Position numbers and translations under genes: made by a program. From assembly GCF_006345805.1 (NCBI RefSeq), contig NC_043012.1, forward strand, positions 15,004,001-15,068,000: DNA of 64,000 bases, read 5' to 3'. Below, one piece after another: positions 1 through 12,322 of the stretch (its first letter is position 1; each line of letters begins with the position of its first letter). The notes under the pieces were generated by a model. It saw only the letters and a program-made list of their open reading frames with translations, made no database searches and was not told where the DNA came from. The stretch comes from Octopus sinensis (Eukaryota).

Positions 1-229
1 TGAAGTTCTTTGTTACACATAAAATTGTCTCAACAGAATTAGTGTAACAAAGGGCTTAAGACAACTGTATTTTCTTCAGGTCTATGTAATACTGCTATGA
101 TGTAGATACAATATTTTAAAAAATTATTTTCATTTTCTGTTGTTTTTTTTTGTTTTGTTTTGCTCTTGTTTTAAATTCAAGAATATAAACTAAACCAGTT
201 GAATTAATTGAATTCTCTTTCACTTGTAG

Positions 230-346
230 CCTTTTTATGGAGGTAAACTTCATCGGATTGCAGCAGAAGTGAAGAATAATATGGGTACCATCATATGTAA
301 AGGGCAAGGAGAATGGAATAATTATTTTGAATTTACTTATGAAAAT
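230..346 (+). CDS. OSBPL11: OSBPL10/11-type oxysterol-binding protein, internal exon (ORD domain; upstream exons lie outside the window)
   Basis: ttgtAG acceptor and GTaatt donor; 117 nt, phase 0-0; encodes [39 protein letters not shown], matching the recalled OSBPL10/11 segment [16 protein letters not shown]...QGEWN..LEFTY.N. Confidence 0.93.
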
Positions 347-889
347 GTAATTTTTATTAAATATTTGTGTGTGTGTGTTTATCCTTCACTAGACTTTATA
401 AAATTGTGGGTTTGGTCTGTGAAACAAGCAACATCTTTGAACAAGGCACTTTGTTTCACATTGCTTCAGTCTACACAGCTGAGAATGAGTACCAGTTGAG
501 TGCTGGTGTAACTCCCCCCCCCTCTCTCTCTCTCTCTCTCACATGTTCAATGTTCCACTGAGCAAAGGGTAGGAGAATTGAAAAGGTGTCTGTTTATGTC
601 TGCTCAAAACTACACAGGCACCTATAACAATTATTGAAAGCATGGTACATGCTATACTCACTTGCAAGTGACAGCTAAGCTTATTGTTCTGATAAACTCA
701 TGGCTTTAAAAAGTAATTTGAAAAGATGTCTCAACAGGTCAGCTGTCAATAACAATATTAATTATACAAGTTGAGTGAAATTTCTTATCTTGAAATGTGC
801 TTTGATTGTTGTCAATTAACTTTAATTTGAATCATGAAATTTCATGTGTAATTAGTATTGTATTTGTTATGAATGATTTAATGATGGTT

Positions 890-1263
890 ATCAACATTTA
901 ACATTCATTTTCCATGCTGCTAAGGGTTGGACAACTTGACCCCAACAGTCAAGGCCCCAGGGGCTGCACCAGGTTCCATTGCCTGTTTTGGTTTTGGTTT
1001 CTATGGCTGGATGCCTCTTTACAGAGTGTCTGCTGGGTGCTTTTTTTTATATGGCACCAGCACCCACAGCAGTCCTTTTTATGTAGCACATCAGTTTTAG
1101 GATCTCAATTCTGTTGTGGTGGGTGGGCCTTCTTGAGCACAGCAGTGTGCCACATATTTTGGTCCTGTCATCTTGTTCATAAGGTTCAGCGTTTTGAGAT
1201 CTGCCTTTAATACTTCATCCCATGTCTTCCTGGGTCTCCCTCTTCCACAACATCCATCCACTT
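890..1263 (-). mobile_element. RTE-type LINE 3' end/3'UTR remnant in OSBPL intron
   Basis: reverse complement encodes a GRGRPRKTWDEV-like C-terminus followed by the family 3' tail also seen at 2456, 8465, 12505, 13255 and 41238. Confidence 0.75.
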
Positions 1264-1392
1264 GAAACAGAATTTATAGTTGTCTGTAAATAATATCTAC
1301 AGAATTTTAACAATCAAATCTTGAAATTTTTCTTAATCTGTCTGAAATTTTAATCAGTGCTGTTCAATATGTATTATTTCATTGATTTTTAG

Positions 1393-1554
1393 GGAGAAAC
1401 CAAAACTATTGATGTAAGTAGTCTGGAGATTATGAGAAAGTGTGTTCGCCCTATTTCAATGCAAGGAGAATTTGAGTCAAGGAGACTCTGGCAACATGTC
1501 ACCAATGCTTTGAAACTGGGAGATGTAAATATTGCTACTGAACACAAGAAATTT
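1393..1554 (+). CDS. OSBPL11: OSBPL10/11-type protein, internal exon
   Basis: ttttAG / GTgagt; 162 nt, phase 0-0; GETKTIDVSSLEIMRKCVRPISMQGEFESRRLWQHVTNALKLGDVNIATEHKKF contains the conserved ORD motif ESRRLW..V...L...A...K. Confidence 0.95.
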
Positions 1555-2455
1555 GTGAGTATACCAGTTGAGCACTGGAGTCAATGTAATCAACTTGCCC
1601 CCTCTCCCAAAATTGCCATCCCACTGCCAGAATTTGGAATCAATATTGATGTATGGTATAATATAAACAACAAAATCACCATAAATCTAAAACCCCTTAC
1701 TAAATTTGACCCTATAAGAATGAGGGACAACTTAGAACAACAAAAACCTTCAATCATGAGTTTCCCAACAGATGTTGTTAGATTTCACTCCTTCAATATC
1801 AACAAAGACAAAGGTTTAGTTGCAAGAATTCAAAGAGACTGGATTATTGCTGAGCAAAAATACAGTCTTTTATCCAAGAACAAAGAGTTTCTTTTTTTTC
1901 ACTCCCAACATACTGACATGTCTTGGATCTCTTTTCTGCTCTACAATCACATAAGACAATAATGGTGGATGGTTCTCTACCTTATTTACATCTGTAGAGC
2001 AGAGACCATATCAATGGTTTTAGAAAGAATAATCTGTGAAGATGGCAATCTTTGTGTTTTTTTTTTTCTTTTCTTTTTGCCCATAGTTTGTGCTGGACTC
2101 GGTTCAGAGGGAGCAGAATTAAAGCTTCTCATGAATTAAAGTTGGATATGTTTATTGAATAAATATACTTTTAACAACTGGCATAATGCTCAAAAGTAGC
2201 ATGAAAAGGACTATCATTTTGTATGTATATAATTATTAATCTGCCACTGTGGCCAAATGAATCTCACTTTGCTTTTAATACTAACCACAAGTATTGATTT
2301 CATAAACAATCATTGTGTTGTCCTACAAAGCAACTTTTTTTTTTTTATTCAGTTTACCTGTCAGTCTGTCTGAGAAGTTAACTGACAATAGGTTCATATT
2401 CTATCCAGGATGATATTTGTCTCCTGTCATATAACAGGGTTTTTTTAATTCAAAA

Positions 2456-2790
2456 CATCATCATCATTATCACACGTCCGCTTTCCGTGCTAGCATGGGT
2501 TGGATGATTTTGACTGAGGGCTGGCGAACCAGATGGCTGCACCAGGCTTCAATCTTGATCTGGCAGAGTTTCTACAGCTGGATGCCCTTCCTAATGCCAA
2601 CCACTCCGAGAGTGTAGTGGGTGCTTTTTATGTGCCACTGGCAATGACCTCGCTCGAATCCTTTTACACATGCCACCAGCACAGGTGCCAGTAAGGCGAC
2701 GTTGGTAACGATCACGCTCGAATGGTGCCCTTTTACGTGCCACCGGCACGGAAACCAGTTGGCTGCTCTGGCAACAATCATGCTCGGATC
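2456..2790 (-). mobile_element. RTE-tail-derived repeat with (ATG)n tail
   Basis: shared core ggttggcattaggaagggcatccagctgtagaaac...ccatgctagc with internal ggcacgtaaaag modules; (CAT)n on the plus strand. Confidence 0.85.
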
Positions 2791-2934
2791 TTAATTGAAA
2801 AATGGGGTAGCAAGCATGTGAACATTGTCATGCATAGATGCACATGTATGCATGTGCACATGCACACACACTACTACACTGCTTATAAGTGATGACAACC
2901 TGCTTATTCTTCTTTATTTCTTTTTAATCATTAG

Positions 2935-3000
2935 CTGGAAGACCGTCAACGAGAAGGGGAAAGATTACGGAAAGAAACAAATACAGAGTTTGCAACGAAG
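2935..3000 (+). CDS. OSBPL11: OSBPL10/11-type protein, internal exon
   Basis: cattAG / GTttgt; 66 nt, phase 0-0; LEDRQREGERLRKETNTEFATK (conserved LEE.QR motif). Confidence 0.92.
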
Positions 3001-3291
3001 GTTTGTTTTTTAAGAATTTTATATTCTCTTAAGAATATGAGTGGATGCTGGAAAGTTGCTGGCTTTAAGGGTATCGCAAAGGGCCTGGTTGGAGACCCAA
3101 CCTTCTGAGTTCTTTCACAGGTCTTACAAAAACTGAAGGACCCCCACTGCAATAAGAGAGGGGAATATGTTGAATAAAATCATAATTAACTGACCCCCCC
3201 CTGTATTTTCTTTTACCCAAGACCAGGAACTTTTCAGCCCCACCCCCTTGCATATGTTCTACAGTTCTGAAGCCGGTATGTAAACATAAAG

Positions 3292-3493
3292 TTCAAAGGC
3301 GGTGAGCTGGCAGAATCGTTAGCATGCCAGGCGAAATGCTTTGTAGTAGTTCGTCTGCCGCTAAGTTCTGAGTTCAAATTCCGCCGAGGTCGACTTTGCC
3401 TTTCATCCTTTCGGGGTTGATTAAATAAGTACCAGTTACGCACTGGGGTCGATATAATGTCCTTGTTTGCCCCTTGTGGGTAGTAAAGAAATA
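3292..3493 (+). mobile_element. tRNA-derived SINE with 17-bp TSD
   Basis: A-box-like gagctggcagaatcg, B-box gagttcaaattcc, body gcctttcatcctttcggggt; TSD ggtatgtaaacataaag at 3275-3291 and 3494-3510. Confidence 0.9.
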
Positions 3494-3949
3494 GGTATGT
3501 AAACATAAAGCAGTGTTACTGTAGTTATAAGCCTTTCTTTTATTTAAATTGTTCCATTCTGTATTATATTTAGATTTTATATATAAAAGTCTTTAGATCT
3601 TATATAATAAACAAATTTTGGGGAGCATTGAGAAGAAATGACCCAAGCCTTAGTTATGCTGTTTTCTATTTTGTTTTTCTTTCAAGTGTGTTCTTAGCGC
3701 CTGTAGCCAATTGTGGTCACTGAACCTTTCCAGATGATAGACAACCCCAACCAAAGATGCACAGATTTCTTTTCGGAATTCTTTGACTTTCTGTTGGTTC
3801 TCTTTCAGTACAATATTATTAATCCTTTCATTACCATATTTCTGTTGAAGTATACTATCCTTATTTCAATTCATTTTTAAAATAATTAAGGATTAATTAA
3901 ATAGTCGTCTTAAAATTCTGATGGTAGGTTTTAATGTAGATCTCTTTAA

Positions 3950-4143
3950 CCCTTCAGCAGGCCAAAATATTCTATTTTATGTTGAAACTAGCTGGATCTT
4001 ACCTCTCACACTTAACCTACAATGTCATTGTAAAAATAAACAGTCACATCATCAAATTCTTGAAGTTACAAAGTAATTCTTGCTTAATTCAAAACAATGT
4101 GAATAAATAAGCTTTAATCTTGACAGAATAATCTGCTAAAGGG
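3950..4143. mobile_element. piggyBac-type MITE (family B)
   Basis: TTAA-cccttcagcag ... ctgctaaaggg-TCAA termini (10/11 TIR match); decayed inverted relative at about 44576-44800. Confidence 0.75.
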
Positions 4144-4280
4144 TCAAAACTGGGAATTTGCTTCATAGAACCAATGGAGGTTTTAGGTGGGTTGCTATCA
4201 AAAGGGTCAATGACCATTTTTTATATTTTCTTTTGGACAGTTTTGTAATTTTATTTTTTTCTCTTTTGTTTTTACTTCAG

Positions 4281-4634
4281 CACTTTCACCTCGATGGAGA
4301 AGATTGGGTCTACAATAAAATCCTTCGAAGTCGGCATAAAGAGCCCTGTGATATAAAGGATAACAACAACAGCGAAGACGGCAAGCGTTGTTCTGCTGAA
4401 AGTCCATTGAAGAGCAATAAAGTGAGCCAGAACGAACCGAAAATGTCTCAGTCAAATAACTGCTACGATGTGAGTGGGGCGGCACCGAAAAACGAAAAGA
4501 ACACTTTCCCAAAAGACAAAAGTCAAAAGAAAGACTCTCAATCATCCAAAACGAAAATTTCTCCAAAAACTAATCGGACCAATAAGAATGAGAAAACTCG
4601 CAAAAACGAAAAATGTTTGAAAGATGTCTCTTGA
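4281..4634 (+). CDS. OSBPL11: OSBPL10/11-type protein, terminal coding exon with about 100-aa low-complexity basic extension
   Basis: polypyrimidine tract + ttcAG; begins HFHLDGEDWVYNKIL (family end motif F...GDGWVY.K.L); open to TGA at 4632-4634. Confidence 0.88.
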   Translation, partial: HFHLDGEDWVYNKILRSRHKEPCDIKDNNNSEDGKRCSAESPLKSNKVSQNEPKMSQSNNCYDVSGAAPKNEKNTFPKDKSQKKDSQSSKTKISPKTNRTNKNEKTRKNEKCLKDVS

Positions 4635-5146
4635 TGAGGGCTTTCCATCCTGTGGAAGTGATTTCACTTCAGAAAGGTCTTTCATTAAGTTAGAGAGTTA
4701 TTTAGAAGCCTAACGGCCGAGACCGGGCTTGGTGTCGGCCGAATAGGGTTTGACGACCAACTTCCTCATCAAATCTACTGAGCTGCTTTTATCTCAGTGG
4801 GCCCCCTGAGGTTTTTATTGGGGGTTTTTTTTTTCCTGATTTTTTTTTTTTTTTTCAAAAAGTAACTTGAACAATAACTGCAGACATGTCATTGTGACCT
4901 GACAATTTCAGTTTGATTTGAGAAAGGAAGACCAAACGAAAATATTCTCTGCTTTGGTTGAAATGGTATTAGCAGCAGTAGTGTGGTTAAAACAAAAATC
5001 AGATCTTTTTTTTTTTTTATCTCTTTTGGCTGCACTTTTTAGCTAATCCAGTTGCTTTCTTTCCACATTGCATGCACTGAAATGCCTTTCTTCGTGGGCT
5101 TGCAGTGACTTGCTTTTGTGATATGATTAAAAAAAAAAAAGTATCT

Positions 5147-5183
<37 letters not shown>

Positions 5184-5537
5184 GAATATAGGCATTCTGT
5201 GAAAATACTTCCTCTTGCTGCCATTGCATCTCTTACTTTTCGGTTATCTGAAAATGAGTGATGAAATTGAGGAAGAAAGAGAAAAAAAAAAAATGAAAGT
5301 ATGGAACAAATTCTGTGATTATTTCTGCTGTAAATATTAAGCATATCATAAATTTTTACTGAATTCCAAAAGACCTGGTTTATTGCCTTTGTTTTGTTTT
5401 TTTTTCTGTTATTGTGTAAAGGTATTTATTGATACATTCTTACTTTTCCATCTTAGCCATTATGAAATTTAATATTCATAATAATCTAAAGTTTCCATTA
5501 TACAGTAGTTACTTTCATCAACATAGCATTAGTTTGA

Positions 5538-5986
5538 CTTGACTTGACTTGAAACAGCATTCACCCGGGGTGGGTTGAGCTGGCTTCATTTATCCTCAAT
5601 GCTGCATCTCTCACAAATGCCGACCAGGCCTGGCGATTTGAGGCTAACGACCACGTGATCTCCAACCACTCCTTATTCCAGCAGCGAGCGCCATAGATAT
5701 GGAGGCCTAGGTTGGGTTCCAGATCAGCCTTGATTGTCATCAGCCAGATTTTTCGTTGTTTTCGCCAACCCTGAAGGGGAGCTGGGGCAATTGCTTTGTA
5801 GATGAATTCTCCTGGTTGACGACGGAGGGCATGACCCAGCCAATGCAGACGTCTCGTTAGGATGGCTTGTCGGAGGGAGGTGATTCTGCACTGGTGTCGC
5901 ACCGAATTGTTGGAGACAAAGTGATGCCATCGGACACGAAGGATGCGACATAGACAGAGGTGATTGAAGGATTGTAGTCGCTTAAT
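5538..5986 (-). mobile_element. 5'-truncated RTE LINE with (AAGTC)n tail and 15-bp TSD
   Basis: ORF 5561-5902 has RRLHWLGHALRR (RTE RT C-terminus); TSD atagcattagtttga at 5523-5537 and 5987-6001. Confidence 0.9.
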
Positions 5987-6028
5987 ATAGCATTAGTTTG
6001 ATTTTTTTTTTTTTGTTTTGTAGTTAGT

Positions 6029-6350
6029 CTGAAGGGGTGTGGCTTAGTGGTTAGGGTATTCAGCTCACAATCTTATGGTCATGAGTTCAATTCCTGGCGA
6101 TGCTTTGTGTCTTTGAGCAAGACTCTATATTTCACATTGCTCTGGTTCACACAGCTGACAGACGTGAGTAATACCTGTAATTTAAAGGGCCGGCCTTGTC
6201 ACCTCCTGTATCATACTAAATCTCCCTGAGTCCTACATTAAGGGTACACATGTCTGTGGAGTGCTCTGCCAGTTGCACATTAATTTTACAAGCAGGCGGT
6301 TCCATTAATCAGATCAAGTGGAACCCTCGTCATGGTAACCAGTGGAGTCC
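6029..6350 (+). mobile_element. tRNA-derived SINE (family also at 7372, 26617, 46350, 52776)
   Basis: tRNA-like head gtggcttagtggttaggg...gagttcaattcc; central ttgagcaagac...tttcacattgctc; colinear with the less-decayed copy at 52776-53071. Confidence 0.8.
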
Positions 6351-7371
6351 CAGTAGTTTATAGTTTGCATTGGTGAAGTCTCACTAAACTACCTCGGTCT
6401 GTTATCTTCTCATTCATGAAGCTTAATTGCTTAACTTTTGATCTGTTTGTCTTCATTGATATATCTCATTTTAACTATCATTTACTATGCCTTAAATTTC
6501 ATCGAATATAATTTCCTCAACAACTACAGTTGGCTGAATTGTTAAGTTGGTTTTCTGCAGTTGAGTTTTTCTTTCCTTGACAACAGGTCTTAAATATTTA
6601 CAGACTCTTCTCTGCCTAACTAAATATCAGTAGCAGGTACAGTTCACTGCTGTGTTATTTTCAGGTTATTTTTTAACCCCAAGTCAGCCCTAATCAAGCA
6701 AAATTGTCTTTTTAAGATGGTTGGGTGTGGTTCTAGCAGATTGAACCACATGGAGGGTCTGTGTGGGAAGTGGAGGTCACATGTCTAGCATGTGTCCCGT
6801 AAGTTTGTTAGATTTTTAAAAAAAATTTTTATGAGAAAACTAAATTAAATGGTGCCTTACAAAATAAGATGCAATGTATATGCAACCTTTGTGTTTATTA
6901 ACTTAAAGTACCAAGTTCAAATTCTTCACTAGGCTGGCAACGTCTTTCAAGAGAGCAAAAATGTTTCTAAACCACTAAACACAGGGGAAACTGGGTGAAG
7001 CCTCAGTCCGCTTCACTCACTGTGCCATATAGTTGTGGTTTATTCTCCTCCCACAAGATCAGTGCTGATCAAAGGCACCCCAACCATGACCATCCCATCT
7101 TATGAAGGGTATCTAGAATTCTATTGTCTAATGCATGGGTGAGTGGTTTAGAAGTTCACTTCACAATCAAGTTTTGAGTTCAATCTCACTGTGTGTCATC
7201 TTGGACAAGTATTTTTGACAGTGTCTTGGAATCGACCTAAGACTTTTGAGTACAATTGGATAGAAGGAAACTGTGCAGAAGCCCATTGTATGAACTGTAG
7301 CTGTAATTCAAAAGACCAGCCTTGTCATGTTTGGGTTTGGGAATTAAGGGAAAGGTATAGGTGTTTATGTG

Positions 7372-7665
7372 AAGGCACATGGCTTAGTGGTTAGGGTGTT
7401 GGACTTATGATCGTAAAATTGTGGTTTCGATTCCTGGACCAGGCAATGCATTGTGCTCTTGAGCAAGACACTTCATTTCACGTTGCTCCAGTGCACTCAG
7501 CTGTAGAAATGAGTACCACTAGTGGAGGCGTGTCACTTAGTGGTTAGGGTGTTGGATTCACAATCGTAAGATTGTGGTTTCGATCCCTGGACCAGGCACT
7601 CCATTGTGTCCTCAAACAAAACACTTCATTTCACGTTGCTCCAGTTCACTCAGCTGTAGAAATGA
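7372..7665 (+). mobile_element. Two tandem SINE head+central-domain monomers
   Basis: two roughly 150-bp units, each cttagtggttagggtgttgga...gtttcgat.cctggaccaggca...cagctgtagaaatgagt. Confidence 0.8.
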
Positions 7666-8464
7666 GTTTAGCCTGGTGAGGGATGGGCTCCACCAGGCTT
7701 TCTCACCCAAGATACGCTGCATGGCTGCAGCACTCTATCAACACCTAAGGAGTTAAGGGATATGTTAATGTCAAAAGGTATTCAATATGAGTTGGACTTT
7801 CAGTGGAGTGACCAATTGAATACTCACCATCAGAATCAATGGAACATCCACCATCAAACATGTTCTTTCCTTTCCCAGGACAATTTGTTAGGTTTGTGGG
7901 CAGTTTGATTGCTGTTTCTAGTAAGTTCAGCAATGAAACAACAAAAACACTAGTGGTTCCCTCGTTGACTTAAAACAGTTTGTTGTCAGTGTTATTTAAG
8001 CCCTTCGGGGACCCTGTTTGAACAGACCTATAATGGCAGACATTGACACCCTTTAAGATGATGGGTCTGATTTGGGAACATTAGACTGTCTCTAGTAGGT
8101 CAACTAGCAGCAACATAGAGGTTTCCTTGTACGTCTCTGAAGCAAATAACGTTGATGAAATTTTGCTGTGAAAAGTTAGGTTCAGTCAAATTAAAATGCC
8201 ATTTAAGCACAGCATGGTCATACATTTTAGATACATGTTTGATCGAACCTGATCAGATATCGATGGCCATACCAAAGTAGCTGTGTCTCAGGCACATCAA
8301 TACTTTTGGTACTACATTTGTCTCGAGATAACTTCCAGACACAATCTTTAAGTTCCAATTCTCATGACACTTGTAACGGAACCATAATCACCTTAATCTT
8401 CCCATCAAAAAGTTATTTTATACATTCAATTTTCACTAAGGAACTGGCAACCATTGCTAGTGGA

Positions 8465-8878
8465 GCGCTAAGAGTACCATACGAGCGAGATCGTTGCCAG
8501 AGCAACAAGCTGGCCTTTGTGCTGATGGCACGTTAAACACACCATTCGAGCGTGATCGTTACCGTATTGCCTTACTAGCACTTGTGCTGGTGGCACGTGA
8601 AACATTCGAGCGAGGTCGTCGCTAGACTGGCTCCTGTGCAGGTGGCACGTAAAGAGCACCATTTGGGTGTGGCCGTTGCCAGTACCACCAAACTGGCCCT
8701 CGTGCCGGTGGCATGTAAAAGCACCCGCTACACTCTCAGAGTGGTTCGCGTTAGGAAGTGCATCCAGCTGTAGAAACTCTGCCAGATCGGATTGGAGTCT
8801 GGTTCGCCAAACCTCAGTCAAATCGTCCAACCCATGCCAGCATGGAAAGCGGACGTTAAATGATGATGATGATGATGA
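8465..8878 (+). mobile_element. RTE-tail-derived repeat with internal tandem modules and (GAT)n tail
   Basis: same core as 2456-2790 in the opposite orientation. Confidence 0.85.
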
Positions 8879-10342
8879 ATTTTCACTAAGGAAGCAGGGC
8901 ACTTCCTTCTGAATTTAGTCAAAGATGACAGTCTCCAGCAGATGTGAATTAGAGATGTAAAGCTTTAGTAATAGAATACATTAGACCTTGTGGGAATCAA
9001 TGACTGGTTTTGGTGTTGAAATACTTCTGTGTTCTCATGAAAGCCAGGACTCTTTGAGACAATTTCAGCCATGTTAAGACAATCATTTCTAATATACTGA
9101 TGTTTGTAGATGAATGCTTAAGATTGTAGTCAGCGTTCCTTTGCAATCTTTAAGCAAGACTTTTAACTTTATAGGGTCAGAAGCTATACTTTATAAATTA
9201 GAAAAGTAGTAAATACGTAAAATGCATGAAATTACATTTAAAACAAAATGTTGTGTATATATTAGGACTTTTTCATTTTTTTTATACATATAATAATATT
9301 TATTATTATTATATTTCTGTGTATATGTATAGTTTATGCTTATAAATATTAAAGTATAGAGATAAACAAATTTAACAAATAAAATTAGTAAGTTTTTTTT
9401 ATAACCAATTTCATAAAAACATTCTTTGCTTTTTATTGAAAACCAGTAAAAATGCTCGACTGATTTGGAAGAAGGTACTTTAATGTCAGTGGATTGTTAA
9501 CTTTGGAGGGAAGGGGTAGGGAATAGATAATTTATTTCAATAAATTACTCAAATATATTTAATATATTATTATTGATATTATTTATTTGTTGCATTCACA
9601 AAATTACTGGCTTGAATTTTTTGTTTTACTTCCTGAAAGCCGTTAGAATTCCTCAGTCTCTGGCTTACCAAAATGATCAACTTTATAATAATTGCCACTG
9701 TATTACAATTATTTATCACAATTGGCAGTACCCCAGCATGGCCACAGAACACTGGCTGAAACTAATAAAAGAATATCTTTGGTAAGATAAAATGACACAC
9801 AGACATTTAGGTTTCAACTTAGTGTTAGGATTTAGCATTAATGTTCTAATCCTCTCTGCATTAATTATGTTTAAAAATAATTATGCAATGAGGTTAAAAA
9901 AAAACAATGACTAATATTTTATTCTTCGTTAAAAAGGTCACTATAAGACCAAAACATGTCTGAAGTTGTCTCCCCTACTTGCTGAAATTATTGAAGATAT
10001 TAGTCAAAGACAGATATTGTTTTCCTTCATTATTGTAGTCAACATGATTAATGCAGTGGTTATTTTAAAGCTAACACTAACTTATGATTTTTCATCCAGA
10101 TGGCGTTAGGTGTTATTTATTCTTTCAACTTATTTCTGATCTCTTGAAACTAATGTAGCTTTTCATTGCGTGTCGTATTTTATAAAATACTAAGTCATTG
10201 TAAGTCTTTAAAAAAAAAAAAAAAAAAAAAGTTCCTTAAATTCTGAGCTGAGCTCATAAATTTCATATAAATTATTTCTGAAACGCTTCACATGCAGCAG
10301 ACAACCAAATTTGCCATTTTCAAGGCTGTTGAAAGGATTTCA

Positions 10343-12322
10343 CTATTTATCAACGCAAATATAATGGTTTGCTTTGGTGCTATAAATTTGTTTCAAGGCT
10401 TCCTGACAGTTGTTGAGGTCTTGCCATGGTCGACATATCCACGACTCCATTAAAGACAAATGTTTTAATAGAAAAGAGAAAGTTTCATCAGAATAATCTC
10501 CAGAAAGTACGTCATTAAATACGGAATCAAATTTCGGCTCAATTATCGTCAGCTCCTTCACTCTGTAAGATAAAACTTGTCTTTCACCACAATTTCTGCA
10601 ATCAAAATCTTGGTCTTCATTTTCAAATTGGCCAAGGACATGATGGCATTTCTCACATTTAAAATAAGGTGAATGGTTGGGAATGTCATCGTACATTGGC
10701 CAGTCGTTAGCACAGGCTACACAGGAACAGTCGAAGAAATATCGACGACCAAGTTCAGCATCTCGTTTCTCTATGTCGTCGACTGGATATAAAATACCAT
10801 AACTATCAACAACTTCCATTCCTTTGGGAATGTGATGGATGGCTCGTACAACGCACAAATTCCCATAGCTGTGTCGCACAACATTAGGGTCACAAGAATG
10901 ATTGAATAAACTAAGTGTGGCATAGACAGCAGATCCAATGTCGGCTGCGCTAGACTTCAAGGGCTGTTTCAGATTGATGGATAGTTCAGTTATCTCATGA
11001 GCATTGCATGGTAACATTTGAAGATGGCGAAGAATATGGCCACCAACAATAAGATGAATGTCTTTGCAATCATCCGCTTTTGAAAAAAATTTAGTTCTCT
11101 CTAGACATTTCAAAAGATAAACTGCTGTTAATGTTCGACGAAATAGATCCGAGAAAGTTCTGTCTTCTGAATGGTTCACAAGGTTATAGACTGACCAATA
11201 ATCTTCAGAATCATATTGACCTAATTTATTAAACCCTATTGCTGAAGGTTTTGTAGATTTTTCATCAGCAAAATTTTCCTCAAAATTCTTAATATAATCG
11301 TAATTTGCTTTTATAACCATTCTTAATGCCAGATGATAAACATCATACTCTAACAGCTTGATTGACAGTAAAATGGAACATTCTACAGAGTGGTACTGGT
11401 TCCAAGATTCTTCTCGACAAGTTGCATTGCAGTAAACAACTTCTGCACACGAAGAACATGGTATTGGATGTTCTGCTCTTTTACAACAGTGATGGCAATG
11501 GCTGGAATGGTGATCATCATTGATCACAAAGCTGTACGGTTTCTCAATAGCAAGAACTTCACCAACATTTATGTCCCTGGTAGCAGAAATATATCTTCCT
11601 TTATCTTTGGAATATTTCATACATATAGCATCTGAAGCACATGGAAACTGGCTGCTCCGTTCTCCTTCAATTCTAGGAAGCGGTCCCATAAATGCATTGC
11701 ATTCTTCAGCCTTCACCTTAGCTTTAGGTTTATTGTGGCAGTCTTTGATGAATTTTTCAAGTTTTGCTTGTCGTTCCGTTTGCCGATCTTTCTCTAGGCT
11801 GGAGTCAACTAAACTCTTTATGGCTTCTTCAAAATATTTGATGGCTTCCTCATTCAAACCAATTTCATACTTGGACCTACCCTGCCTTTCTAACAGTTTA
11901 TGCATCAGTTTTTTAGGATAGTCATTCTTGAGAGCTAAATCTATGTCCTTCAAACAGAGGTGATACTTTTGCATATCAAAATACACAGCTGATCTATTGG
12001 CATAGCCCAGTGCCAGCATATCTCCAATCCCTGGGGCTTTTTGGATGCTCCTTGTATAAAAACTAAATGCTTGTCGATAGTTTTTTTTCACATATTCTGC
12101 ATTTCCTTTGTTTCGAAACTCTGTAGAATCAGATGCTGACTTCTCAATTGACATTTCTTCGATTCTTATTACTTTATCAATAAATGGTAAGTTGTAAACA
12201 GCAGTGAATCTCTGTAGATTCGTCTCAGCAGCACTGAACGTTTTCGACCAGTCTTTCCATTTCACGTCGTTTTGGATATTCATTAGTAACTCATCCCGCC
12301 AATTGTCAATTAGGTCTGCCAT
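10343..12322 (-). CDS. SMYD4: SET and MYND domain protein, SMYD4 class (659 aa, single coding exon)
   Basis: N-terminal TPRs (FRNKGN...YTRSI...YANRSA), split SET (KGRYISATRDINVGE; LSLFNHSCDPN...VVRAIHHIPKGMEVVDSYG), MYND (CHHC...CSSC...YC...C...H...C), post-SET CSCVAC; good Kozak context (aacaaaATGG) just after a tttttatttctAG acceptor (AG at 12339-12338). Confidence 0.93.
   Translation of the reverse strand: MADLIDNWRDELLMNIQNDVKWKDWSKTFSAAETNLQRFTAVYNLPFIDKVIRIEEMSIEKSASDSTEFRNKGNAEYVKKNYRQAFSFYTRSIQKAPGIGDMLALGYANRSAVYFDMQKYHLCLKDIDLALKNDYPKKLMHKLLERQGRSKYEIGLNEEAIKYFEEAIKSLVDSSLEKDRQTERQAKLEKFIKDCHNKPKAKVKAEECNAFMGPLPRIEGERSSQFPCASDAICMKYSKDKGRYISATRDINVGEVLAIEKPYSFVINDDHHSSHCHHCCKRAEHPIPCSSCAEVVYCNATCREESWNQYHSVECSILLSIKLLEYDVYHLALRMVIKANYDYIKNFEENFADEKSTKPSAIGFNKLGQYDSEDYWSVYNLVNHSEDRTFSDLFRRTLTAVYLLKCLERTKFFSKADDCKDIHLIVGGHILRHLQMLPCNAHEITELSINLKQPLKSSAADIGSAVYATLSLFNHSCDPNVVRHSYGNLCVVRAIHHIPKGMEVVDSYGILYPVDDIEKRDAELGRRYFFDCSCVACANDWPMYDDIPNHSPYFKCEKCHHVLGQFENEDQDFDCRNCGERQVLSYRVKELTIIEPKFDSVFNDVLSGDYSDETFSFLLKHLSLMESWICRPWQDLNNCQEALKQIYSTKANHYICVDK

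Noticed and set aside
1555-1962. Continuation of ORF 1432-1962 as a 176-aa protein
   Set aside because: Homology stops at a GTGAGT donor at 1555; the rest is intron read-through.
4632-4760. Selenocysteine read-through of the OSBPL TGA
   Set aside because: A second TGA follows immediately, and the nearby hairpin lacks SECIS AUGA/AA/GA features.
11390-11921. Antisense ORFs 11390-11635 and 11520-11921 as overlapping genes
   Set aside because: Shadows of the SMYD4 CDS with no recognisable motifs.
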